Below, one piece after another: positions 19,395-27,490 of a stretch of 42,390 nucleotides of DNA. A program made the translations under genes and the position numbers. The notes below the pieces were generated by a model. That model was given only the letters and a program-made list of their open reading frames with translations, did no database searches and had not been told where the DNA came from. The stretch's first letter is position 1. Each line of letters opens with the position of its first letter. This DNA comes from Dongiaceae bacterium (GTDB lineage: Bacteria; Pseudomonadota; Alphaproteobacteria; Dongiales; Dongiaceae): NCBI GenBank assembly GCA_035251915.1, contig DATFDU010000102.1, positions 1 through 42,390 on the forward strand, written 5' to 3'.

Positions 19395-20975
19395 TCATTT
19401 TTCCACATAGGCGCCGGAAAAGATATTGTTGCCAAGCGGAATCTGGACGAAGCCCTTGACCGGCTGGCGCAGCGCAACCGGATAGGGCGACTCATAGAGG
19501 AACATGATGGGCGCAGCCGCCACATAGGTTTCCTGGATCTCCTTGTACATCGCGGCGCGCTTCTCCTTGTCCATCTCCTGCTGCGACTTTTCGAACAGCT
19601 CGTCGATCCGCTTGTCCTGATAGCCGCTGTGCAGCGATTCGATGTTGGGGAAGTAGGCGAAGTACGACGTGATCTGGCTGGGGTCGTTGATGTCGTTGGT
19701 CCACAGCGAGACCCGCATCTGGAAGTCGCCGTCGCGATAGCGCGCGGTACGCGTCGCGTTGTCGAGTTGCTCGATGTTCAGCTTGACGCCGACCGCCGAC
19801 CACATCTGCTGGATGGTCGAGAGGATGGCGGTCTCGTCCGCGCTTCCGGCGAGGCCGATCGACGTGACCTCGGTGCCCTCGGCAACGCCCGCCTCCTTGA
19901 GCAAGGCCTTCGCCTTTTCCACATCGTACGGATAGACCGGGCCGTTGTTGATGGCCATCGGCGTCGTGGACGACATAAACGAGACCATCGGCGTTCCAAC
20001 GCCGAAGGTCACGATCTTGGCGAGCGCGTCCTTGTCGATGGCGTAGTTCAGCGCCTGCCGGACCTTGGGGTCGGCGAGCACATTCTTCTCGCCGTTCTTC
20101 AGGGTCGGCCGCACATTCACCGTGATGAACTGCACCTTGGTGGATTGGAACAGCTCCATGTTCAGGTTCGGATCATTCTTGAGCTCCGCCACCCGCGCAT
20201 AGGGAATGAGCTCGGCGCCGTCCACTTCCCCGGCCTGCAGCTTCAGGATGCGCGTGGCATCGTCCGGAATGACCGGGAAGCGCACCTCGTCGAGATAAGG
20301 CAGCGGCTGTCCGTCCTCGCCCATCTTCCAGTAGTGCGGATTGCGCTTGATCACGAGCTCGGTCCCGCGCTGCCAGCTCTCGAACTGGAACGGCCCGGAC
20401 CCGACCGGATGCTCGGCGAACGCCTTCGCCTTCTCCTCCATCGTCGCGCCCGCCTCGGCTTCGTACGGCTTCTGCGGCAGGATCGCCGAATTGAAGGTGG
20501 CGAGCCCCGCGATCAGGGTCGGATCAGGATGCTTCAGGCGCAGGACGACCGTGTCCTCGCCCTGCGTCTCGATCTTGTCGACCGAGGCGAGCGTGAAGCT
20601 CCAGATGCCGTTGTTCGGATCGCGAGCCCGGTCGAGCGACCACTTGACGTCGTTCACAGTGATCGGCGAACCGTCCGAGAACTTGGTGTTGGGCCGCAGC
20701 TTGAGCGTCATCGACAGCCCGTCGTCGGACATCTGGTACTCGGAGGCAAGACCGGGCTCCACTCCGGTGCCGTCCGCCGTCGGCTGCAGCAGCGTGTCGT
20801 AGAGGTTGGTCAGGATCCAGATGTCGACGTTGGCATCATTGAACACCGGATCGAGGAACAAGGAATCGGCATAGCGCGCATAGGTCAGCGTGCCCCCGCG
20901 CGTGACCGCTTCTGCCGTGCTGCTCAAGCCGAACAGCACCGCACATGCCAAAAGCGCTCGAAGCCATCGAGTCAT
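19395..20975 (-). CDS. Dpp/Opp (SBP family 5) substrate-binding protein
   Basis: Signal peptide ending AEA; PGLA, KFSDGSP.T..DVKWS, PVGSGPF, VRQALNYAID; GGGAGG RBS. Confidence 0.95.
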   Translation of the reverse strand: MTRWLRALLACAVLFGLSSTAEAVTRGGTLTYARYADSLFLDPVFNDANVDIWILTNLYDTLLQPTADGTGVEPGLASEYQMSDDGLSMTLKLRPNTKFSDGSPITVNDVKWSLDRARDPNNGIWSFTLASVDKIETQGEDTVVLRLKHPDPTLIAGLATFNSAILPQKPYEAEAGATMEEKAKAFAEHPVGSGPFQFESWQRGTELVIKRNPHYWKMGEDGQPLPYLDEVRFPVIPDDATRILKLQAGEVDGAELIPYARVAELKNDPNLNMELFQSTKVQFITVNVRPTLKNGEKNVLADPKVRQALNYAIDKDALAKIVTFGVGTPMVSFMSSTTPMAINNGPVYPYDVEKAKALLKEAGVAEGTEVTSIGLAGSADETAILSTIQQMWSAVGVKLNIEQLDNATRTARYRDGDFQMRVSLWTNDINDPSQITSYFAYFPNIESLHSGYQDKRIDELFEKSQQEMDKEKRAAMYKEIQETYVAAAPIMFLYESPYPVALRQPVKGFVQIPLGNNIFSGAYVEK

Positions 20976-21019
20976 GAGGATTGTCCTCCCTGTGAAGAGG
21001 TTGCCTGCAATGCTTTTAT

Positions 21020-21039
21020 TGTTCTAGTTGACTATGACA
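21020..21039. promoter_or_regulatory. Candidate GntR operator 1 (upstream of the Dpp operon)
   Basis: TGTTCTAG-TTGA-CTATGACA, fitting palindrome TGTnnTAG-N4-CTAnnACA. Confidence 0.7.
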
Positions 21040-21141
21040 CCACGAAGACATTCGCCCTGTCAAGCGAACGGCCTAACTTTGACCTGCCGGCATGCGTTTG
21101 CGACTAGGCCTGCTGCAGCGCGCTGACATCGAAGTGGCTGG

Positions 21142-21180
21142 TTGATCCGGCAATGCGATTTGTTATAGCCTCTTAGCACA
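21142..21180 (+). promoter_or_regulatory. Candidate promoter of the gntR-hydrolase operon overlapped by operator 2
   Basis: TTGATC-N16-TATAGC with TGn extension; TGTTATAG-CCTC-TTAGCACA at 21161-21180 matches operator 1. Confidence 0.65.
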
Positions 21181-21199
21181 CAGATCGAGCAAACTCGCC

Positions 21200-22210
21200 G
21201 TGATGCCCTTCAACATCGATCCAGATCTGCCGGTGCCGCTGGGCGTCCAGCTGCGGGGCGTGATCGAATACGGAATCGTATGCGGACAATTGCCGGCCGG
21301 CCTGCGCCTGCCCCCGGTGCGCGCGATGGCGAGCCAGCTGAACATCGCGCCGATGACGGTGAGCCAGGTCTACAAGGAGCTGAAGGACGCCGGCCTGCTG
21401 GAGACCAAGCCGGGACACGGCACCTTCGTCAGCGCCTCCGTTCCCGACCAGGTGCGGCCCGCCATCCTCGATCTGCAATTGCGCATCGACCAGCTGCTGC
21501 ACGATGCCGCGGCCGCGGGCCTGTCGAGCGCCGAGCTGACCACCCTCATCAACGCCCGCATCAATCGGCGCGCGGTCGCGAAGCAGGGCCTGCGGCTGGT
21601 GTTCGTCGGTCTGTTCGAGGAGGCGACCAAGGCGTATGGCGCGGACATCCAGGCCAAGCTGCCCGACGGCGACACGATCACAACCACGACAATGAGCGAG
21701 GTCACCAGCAACGATCTGGCGCGCCAGCGTGCGCTCAACGCCGACCTTGTCCTCACGCTTGCCAACCGCAAGGCCGACGTGGCGGAGATGCTGCCCAAGC
21801 AGCGCATCCTCGGCATCAACTACATCCCGTCGGAGCGCACGCGCACCCTGCTCGCCCAGATCGATCCGCTGGCCCGGGTGTGCATCGTCTCGACCTTCCC
21901 CGAGTTCCTGCCGATCATGAAGGCCGGCGTGCAGCGCTTCGCCCCTCATGTGCCGAGCATCAAGGCCACCGTGCTTGACGCGCCCGATCTCAAAGAGACC
22001 CTCGCGCGGATGAGTGTGGTGGTGCTGGCGACCGGCTCCGAAAAGGCCGTGCGGCTGCTGAAGAAGGGCGTCGCGCATTTCGAGTACCGCCACACGCCCG
22101 ATCCCTGCGAGATCGACCAGGTCCTGTTGCCCATGCTGGAGTCCATTCGCGGCGCCTTCCCGGCGAACGCCGATGCAGCTCCGAAGCTGAGGAGGTCCCA
22201 TGAGAATTAG
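21200..22210 (+). CDS. GntR-family regulator with YtrA-like N-terminus and ~200-aa alpha/beta C-terminal extension
   Basis: FNIDPDLPVPLGVQL...RLPPVRAMASQLNIAPMTVSQVYKEL...PGHGTFV wHTH; 336 aa; C-terminus not recognisably FCD or UTRA. Confidence 0.9.
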   Translation: MMPFNIDPDLPVPLGVQLRGVIEYGIVCGQLPAGLRLPPVRAMASQLNIAPMTVSQVYKELKDAGLLETKPGHGTFVSASVPDQVRPAILDLQLRIDQLLHDAAAAGLSSAELTTLINARINRRAVAKQGLRLVFVGLFEEATKAYGADIQAKLPDGDTITTTTMSEVTSNDLARQRALNADLVLTLANRKADVAEMLPKQRILGINYIPSERTRTLLAQIDPLARVCIVSTFPEFLPIMKAGVQRFAPHVPSIKATVLDAPDLKETLARMSVVVLATGSEKAVRLLKKGVAHFEYRHTPDPCEIDQVLLPMLESIRGAFPANADAAPKLRRSHEN

Positions 22211-22901
22211 AGACATGAACTGGATGATGGTCGAGGACTACCTGAAGCGCGACGACCGCGCGGTCATCCCGGTGGGCAGCACGGAGCAGCACGCGCAGCT
22301 CAGCCTGATGGTGGACTGCATCCTCTCGGAGAAGGTCAGTGCCGACGCCGCCGAGCCGCTGGGCGTTCCGGTCTTTCCGACCGTGCATTTCGGGGTCACG
22401 CCGTATTTCCGGGCCTTTCCGGGCACCATTTCGATGCGGCTGCAGACCTTCCTCGCGGTCATCGAGGACATGTTGAACTGCCTCAAGGAACAAGGCTTCA
22501 AGCGTATCGTGCTGGTCAACGGCCATGGCGGCAACGGCTCGGCGCAGCAGCTGTCGCAAGAGTGGATGACCAACAATCCCGGCATGCGGGTCAAGTTCCA
22601 CAACTGGTACAACGCGCCGAAGACCTGGGCCAAGGTGAAGGAGATCGATCCCGTCGCATCCCACGCCTCGTGGATGGAGAATTTCCCTTGGACGCGCCTC
22701 CAGGGTGTGAAGGCACCGAGCCAGCAGAAGCCGATGATCTCATTTGAACAGATGCACCGCTCCAATGCGCAGGAAGTGCGCACGCTGCTGGGTGACGGCA
22801 ATTTCGGCGGCTACTACGAGAAATCGGACGAGGACATGATGGCCTTGTGGAACGTCGCCGTCGAGGAAACCCGCGCCCTGATCGATTCCAAGTGGGAATG
22901 A
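22200..22901 (+). CDS. Creatininase-family amidohydrolase (second, divergent homologue)
   Basis: PVGSTEQHAQLSLMVD, FPGTIS, VNGHGGN, HASWMEN; GAGGAGG RBS. Confidence 0.93.
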   Translation: MRIRDMNWMMVEDYLKRDDRAVIPVGSTEQHAQLSLMVDCILSEKVSADAAEPLGVPVFPTVHFGVTPYFRAFPGTISMRLQTFLAVIEDMLNCLKEQGFKRIVLVNGHGGNGSAQQLSQEWMTNNPGMRVKFHNWYNAPKTWAKVKEIDPVASHASWMENFPWTRLQGVKAPSQQKPMISFEQMHRSNAQEVRTLLGDGNFGGYYEKSDEDMMALWNVAVEETRALIDSKWE

Positions 22902-23935
22902 CCGACGACACGATCCTGGTGTGGGGCGCCGGCGCCATCGGCGGCACCGTCGGCGCCTACTTGCGGCGCGCCGGCCTGCCGGTGCTGTTCGTGGACCGCA
23001 GCGCGGAACATGTGGCCGCGATGAAGCAGTCGGGGCTGCAGATCACCGGCCCGATCGAAGAGTTCACGATCTCGGCGCCGGCCAGCGTGCCCGAGAACGT
23101 CGCCGGGCGGTACAAGCTCGCCTTCCTGTGCGTAAAGGCGCACGACACGCCCGGAGCGATCGATGCCCTGGCGCCATTCGTCGCCGATGACGGCTGCGTC
23201 GTCTCCCTGCAGAACGGCCTCAACGAGCAGGTGATCGCCGCGCGCATCGGCGAAGAGCGCACCATCGGCGCCTTCGTCAATTTCGGCGCAGATTACCTGT
23301 CGCCGGGGGTCGTCACCTATGCCGGCCACGGCGCGGTGGTGGTGGGCGAACTGGACGGCAGGACCACGCCACGCATCCAGGAGATCTATCGCCTGATGCA
23401 GATCTTCGACAAGAAGGCGGTGCTGACGCCCAACATCTGGGGCTATCTGTGGAGCAAGCTCGCCTACGGCGCATTGCTGTTCGCGACCGCCCTCACCAAC
23501 GAATCGATCGCCGATTGCCTGGCTGAACCGAAGTTCCGTCCGGTCTTCATCGCCCTGGCGCGGGAAGTGGTCTCGATCGCGACCGCGGCGAAGATCAAGC
23601 TGGAGCCGTTCGATGGCTTCGACCCGCGTGCCTTCCTGCCCGGCTCCGGACCTGCGGCGGCAGCCTCGCTCGATGCGCTGGTCGTCCATAACCGCAAGTC
23701 TGCAAAGAGCCACAGCGGAATCTGGCGCGACCTTGCCGTGCGCAAGCGCAAGACTGAGGTCGAGGCGCAGCTTGGCCCGATTTCGGTGACCGCGGCGAAG
23801 CTGGGCCTGACGGCACCCCTCACCCGCCGTACCGCCGACCTCATCCACGACATCGAGGATGGCCGCAGGCCGCTGTCCTGGGACACGCTGGCGGAGCTCG
23901 CCGAAATGCTGCCCAAGGAAGCGGCCGCATCATGA
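22898..23935 (+). CDS. Ketopantoate-reductase (ApbA/PanE)-like oxidoreductase
   Basis: Start revised to MTDDTILVWGAGAIG (ATGA overlap); CVKA, SLQNGL, WSKL, RDL....KTEV. Confidence 0.9.
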   Translation: MTDDTILVWGAGAIGGTVGAYLRRAGLPVLFVDRSAEHVAAMKQSGLQITGPIEEFTISAPASVPENVAGRYKLAFLCVKAHDTPGAIDALAPFVADDGCVVSLQNGLNEQVIAARIGEERTIGAFVNFGADYLSPGVVTYAGHGAVVVGELDGRTTPRIQEIYRLMQIFDKKAVLTPNIWGYLWSKLAYGALLFATALTNESIADCLAEPKFRPVFIALAREVVSIATAAKIKLEPFDGFDPRAFLPGSGPAAAASLDALVVHNRKSAKSHSGIWRDLAVRKRKTEVEAQLGPISVTAAKLGLTAPLTRRTADLIHDIEDGRRPLSWDTLAELAEMLPKEAAAS

Positions 23936-24687
23936 AGATCGTATTCGAGGGCCAGCGCGTCATCGTGACCGGCGCCGGCCACGGCTTCGGCCGCGCCATC
24001 AGCAAGGCCTTCGCCGATGCCGGCGCCGTGGTCTGGGCGTGCGACCTCAACACCGCCGGTCTCGAAGAAACCAGGAAGCTGTGCGGCAAATCCTGCGAGA
24101 TGCGCACGCTCGACGTGTCGGACCGCGCCGCCGTCACCGCTTTCGTCGCGGAAGCCGCGGGCGGCGAGGCGATCGACGTGCTGGTGAACAATGCCGGCGG
24201 CGTGCGCGGCCAGGTCGGGCGGCCGATCGAGGAGATCTCCGAGCAGGATTGGCACACCATCTTCGACGTCAACGTGACCGGCGCGTTCTATTTCGCGCAG
24301 GCCGTGACGCCCGGCATGAAGCAGAAGAAGCGCGGCCGCATCATCAACATCTCCAGCCGCGCCGGTCTGGAGATCAGCCTGACCGGCATCCAGGCGTACG
24401 CCTCTGCCAAGGCGGCGCAGATCGGCCTGACGCGGCAACTGGCTCACGAGCTCGGCCCCTGGGGCATCACAGTCAACAACGTGGCGCCCGGCTTCGTCCG
24501 CTCCAACCCGACCACCGAGCGGCAGTGGGATTCCTACGGCGAGGCGGGACAGCGCAAGCTGGTGGAGTCGATCGCGCTGAAGCGCCTGGGTGCGCCGGAA
24601 GACATCGCCCATGCGGTGCTGTTCTTCGCCTCGGACTATGCCGGCTGGATCACCGGCCAGGTGCTGTCGGTCGACGGAGGGAAGTAG
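23932..24687 (+). CDS. Short-chain dehydrogenase/reductase (classical SDR)
   Basis: TGAGHGFG, VNNAG, YASAK, VAPG, ITGQVLSVDGG. Confidence 0.95.
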   Translation: MKIVFEGQRVIVTGAGHGFGRAISKAFADAGAVVWACDLNTAGLEETRKLCGKSCEMRTLDVSDRAAVTAFVAEAAGGEAIDVLVNNAGGVRGQVGRPIEEISEQDWHTIFDVNVTGAFYFAQAVTPGMKQKKRGRIINISSRAGLEISLTGIQAYASAKAAQIGLTRQLAHELGPWGITVNNVAPGFVRSNPTTERQWDSYGEAGQRKLVESIALKRLGAPEDIAHAVLFFASDYAGWITGQVLSVDGGK

Positions 24688-24691
24688 CACG

Positions 24692-26086
24692 ATGGGCGCG
24701 CTGGAATATGTGGAAGCGCATCGATCGGAGATCCTGGACGAGCTCATCGCCTTTGCCAGCATCCCAAGCGTCAGCACCGACCCGGCCTATGCAAAGCATA
24801 TCGCCGAGGCCGCCGAATGGGTGGCGGAGCGGATGCGCCGCGCCGGCCTGGAGCATGTCACGATCAACCCAACCGAAGGACACCCGGTGGTCACGGCGGA
24901 CTGGCTGCATGCCAAAGGCGCACCGACCATCCTGGTCTATGGCCACTACGACGTGCAGCCGCCCGATCCGCTAGAGAAGTGGCAGTCGCCGCCGTTCCAG
25001 CCGCAAGTGCGCAACCATCGCCTCTATGCGCGCGGCGTGTCGGACGACAAGGGGCCGATGCTGATTCCGATCAAGACGGCGGAGGCGTTCCTCAAGACCG
25101 CCGGCAAGCTGCCGATCAACCTGAAGCTGGTGATCGAGGGCGAGGAAGAGCGCGGCAGCGCGCATCTCGGCGCGTTCGTCGCGGCGAATGCCGAGAAGCT
25201 GCGTGCCGATTTCGTACTGTCGGCCGACGGCGCGATGTGGCGGCCGGACGAGCCCTCTATCACGGTCGCCAATCGCGGCCTCGCGGCGTTGGAGTTCTCC
25301 GTAACCGGCGCCGCCAAGGATCTGCATTCCGGCCGCCATGGCGGCGGGGTGGCGAACGCGCTGCATGCCATCGCCGCGCTGGTCGCCAGCCTGCACGATG
25401 AGAAGAACCGGATCGCGGTCGCCGGCTTCTACGACAAGGCGAGGCCGATCTCCAACTCGGTGCGGCAGGCGGTCGCCGCCCTGCCCTTCAGCGAAGAGAA
25501 ATACCTGCAGTCGATCGGCGCGCCGGCCGGCGTGGGCGAGGAAGGCTACACGCTGCTGGAGCGGCAATGGCTGCGCCCGACGCTAGAGCTCAACGGCATG
25601 TGGGGCGGCTATCAGGGGCCGGGCACCAAGACCGTCATCCCGACCACAGCCGGCGCCAAGATCACCTGCCGCCTGGTGCCGGGGCAGGAGCCCGATGAGA
25701 TTGTCGCGCTGATCTCCGACCACCTGCGCAAGCATTGCCCGACCGGCGTGACGCTCGACATCACGCCTGGCGATCACGGCTCCATCGCCTATGCGATCCC
25801 CGACGATCATCCGGGCCTGGCGTTGGCGGAGCGGGTGCTGCAGGAGGTCTACGGCAAGCCCAGCATTCGCGTGCGGATGGGCGCGACCATTCCCATCGGC
25901 CTCATCTTCCGCGAGGCGATCGGCGCCGAGACCGTGTTCTTCTCGTTCTCGACCGCGGACGAGGATTATCATGCGCCCAACGAGTTCTTCCGGCTGCAGC
26001 GGCTCGATGACGGCTTGAAGGCCTGGATCCGCTATTGGGAGCTGCTCGGCGAGCGGCGCGCCGACGAGCTCTTTCGAGCATCCTGA
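24692..26086 (+). CDS. M20-family dipeptidase/deacylase (CNDP2/Dug1-like subgroup)
   Basis: YGHYDVQPPDP, ARGVSDDKG, IEGEEE.GS, DLHSG, KTVIP, HAPNE; start revised to 24692. Confidence 0.93.
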   Translation: MGALEYVEAHRSEILDELIAFASIPSVSTDPAYAKHIAEAAEWVAERMRRAGLEHVTINPTEGHPVVTADWLHAKGAPTILVYGHYDVQPPDPLEKWQSPPFQPQVRNHRLYARGVSDDKGPMLIPIKTAEAFLKTAGKLPINLKLVIEGEEERGSAHLGAFVAANAEKLRADFVLSADGAMWRPDEPSITVANRGLAALEFSVTGAAKDLHSGRHGGGVANALHAIAALVASLHDEKNRIAVAGFYDKARPISNSVRQAVAALPFSEEKYLQSIGAPAGVGEEGYTLLERQWLRPTLELNGMWGGYQGPGTKTVIPTTAGAKITCRLVPGQEPDEIVALISDHLRKHCPTGVTLDITPGDHGSIAYAIPDDHPGLALAERVLQEVYGKPSIRVRMGATIPIGLIFREAIGAETVFFSFSTADEDYHAPNEFFRLQRLDDGLKAWIRYWELLGERRADELFRAS

Positions 26087-26110
26087 CGCGATCACCGCAC
26101 GGGGTACGGA

Positions 26111-27469
26111 ATGGACGGCGAGTTGCATTTCTCCTCGATCGCGGCGCTGGCAACCGCCTACCGGAACCGATCGACGTCGCCGGTCGAGGTTGTCCGCTGG
26201 CTGCTGGACCGGATCGCCAGGCTCGATCCGACACTCAACAGCTTCATCACGGCGCTGGAATCGGAAGGCCTGGCTGAGGCTGAGGGCGCAGCGCGCGAGC
26301 TGAAAGCGGGGCATGATCGCGGTCCGCTGCACGGCGTGCCGGTCGCGATCAAGGATCTGATCGACCTGGCAGGTGTTTCGACCACCTTCGCCTCGCGCGC
26401 GGGGAGCCCACGCATGGCGGCAACCGATGCCGTGCTGGTACGCAACCTGAAGCAGGCCGGCGCCATCATTCTCGGCAAGACCAATCTGCTGGAATACGCG
26501 TACGGCGCGGTGCATCCGGAGTTCGGGCAGACCAACAATCCGTGGGATCCGCGCCGCACCTCCGGTGGCTCCAGCGGCGGCTCGGCTGCGGCGGTCGCCG
26601 CCGGCCTGTGCTTCGCGGCCGTCGGCACCGATACCGGCGGTTCCATCCGCATTCCCGCCTCCTATTGCGGCGTGGCAGGGCTGAAGCCGAGCTTTGGCCG
26701 GGTCAGCCTGGAGGGTGTCCAGGCCTTGTCGCCAACCTTGGACCATGCCGGGCCATTGGCGCGCTCCTGCGCCGATGCGGCATTGATGCTGTCCGGCATG
26801 ACAGGCACCTCCCTCCACATTCCGTGCGCGGAGCTGCGCGGATTGCGCATCGGCATCATGCATCATCCGGGCGCGGACAAGTTCATGCAGGCCGAGGTCC
26901 AGGCGCACTTCGATCAGGTCATCCGCGGCCTCGATCGCGCGGGCGCCCATGTCCGACGGATGCAAGTACCGGATCTCGAACTGGCGCGGGATGCCCTGAT
27001 CGCGATCATCGAGCCGGAGGCGAGCCTCATCCACCGCGATCTGTTGCGTCGTGAACCGGGCGGCTTTTCCGGCATCACGCGCGCTCAGCTCGAAGCCGGG
27101 TTCAAGATCTCCGCGGTCGACTACCTGGGCGCGCTCCGCGTCCGCGAGCGCCTCACCGCCGAATTTCGACGCGCGCTCGAAAGCGTCGACGCCATTCTTT
27201 CGCCGTCCGTACCGTGGGTGGCGCCCGCAGAGGACCCGCCGGTGGGCGGCGAGGAAGGCATCGGCGAGATGATGTATAGCGGCATCTACAACCTGGTGGG
27301 GCTGCCTGCGCTCAGCGTTCCGTGCGGGATGAGCTCCGAGGGTTTGCCATCCGGGCTGCAGATCGTCACTGGCTGGCACAAGGATGAGCTGGCCCTCTCG
27401 ATCGGGCTCGCCCTCGAGGTTGCGCTGCCATTCGACGAGCGAGCACTGCAGATGCAGCGCCCCTCATGA
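26111..27469 (+). CDS. Amidase-signature family amidase
   Basis: PLHGVPVAIKD (Lys), GGSSGGSAAAVAAG and GTDTGGSIRIPAS (Ser-cisSer-Lys triad). Confidence 0.95.
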   Translation: MDGELHFSSIAALATAYRNRSTSPVEVVRWLLDRIARLDPTLNSFITALESEGLAEAEGAARELKAGHDRGPLHGVPVAIKDLIDLAGVSTTFASRAGSPRMAATDAVLVRNLKQAGAIILGKTNLLEYAYGAVHPEFGQTNNPWDPRRTSGGSSGGSAAAVAAGLCFAAVGTDTGGSIRIPASYCGVAGLKPSFGRVSLEGVQALSPTLDHAGPLARSCADAALMLSGMTGTSLHIPCAELRGLRIGIMHHPGADKFMQAEVQAHFDQVIRGLDRAGAHVRRMQVPDLELARDALIAIIEPEASLIHRDLLRREPGGFSGITRAQLEAGFKISAVDYLGALRVRERLTAEFRRALESVDAILSPSVPWVAPAEDPPVGGEEGIGEMMYSGIYNLVGLPALSVPCGMSSEGLPSGLQIVTGWHKDELALSIGLALEVALPFDERALQMQRPS

Positions 27470-27490
27470 ACCGTGGAGTGGCCGAGCCGG

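Noticed and set aside
21040-21063. Minus-strand TTGACA (21063-21058) as the Dpp operon -35
   Set aside because: No convincing -10 at 16-18 nt spacing; the best candidate (CATAGT) is 21 nt away.
11364-22901. Creatinine degradation pathway
   Set aside because: No creatinase or sarcosine oxidase nearby, and the transporter context is sugar/peptide type; only the family is supported.
22898-23935. panE gene symbol
   Set aside because: Substrate-site motifs diverge and there is no pantothenate context.
11364-24687. Mycofactocin/RiPP system (creatininase = MftE, with SDR)
   Set aside because: No precursor peptide, radical SAM enzyme or RRE protein in the window.
26111-27469. gatA (Glu-tRNA amidotransferase subunit A)
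   Set aside because: No gatB or gatC adjacent, and the context is catabolic.
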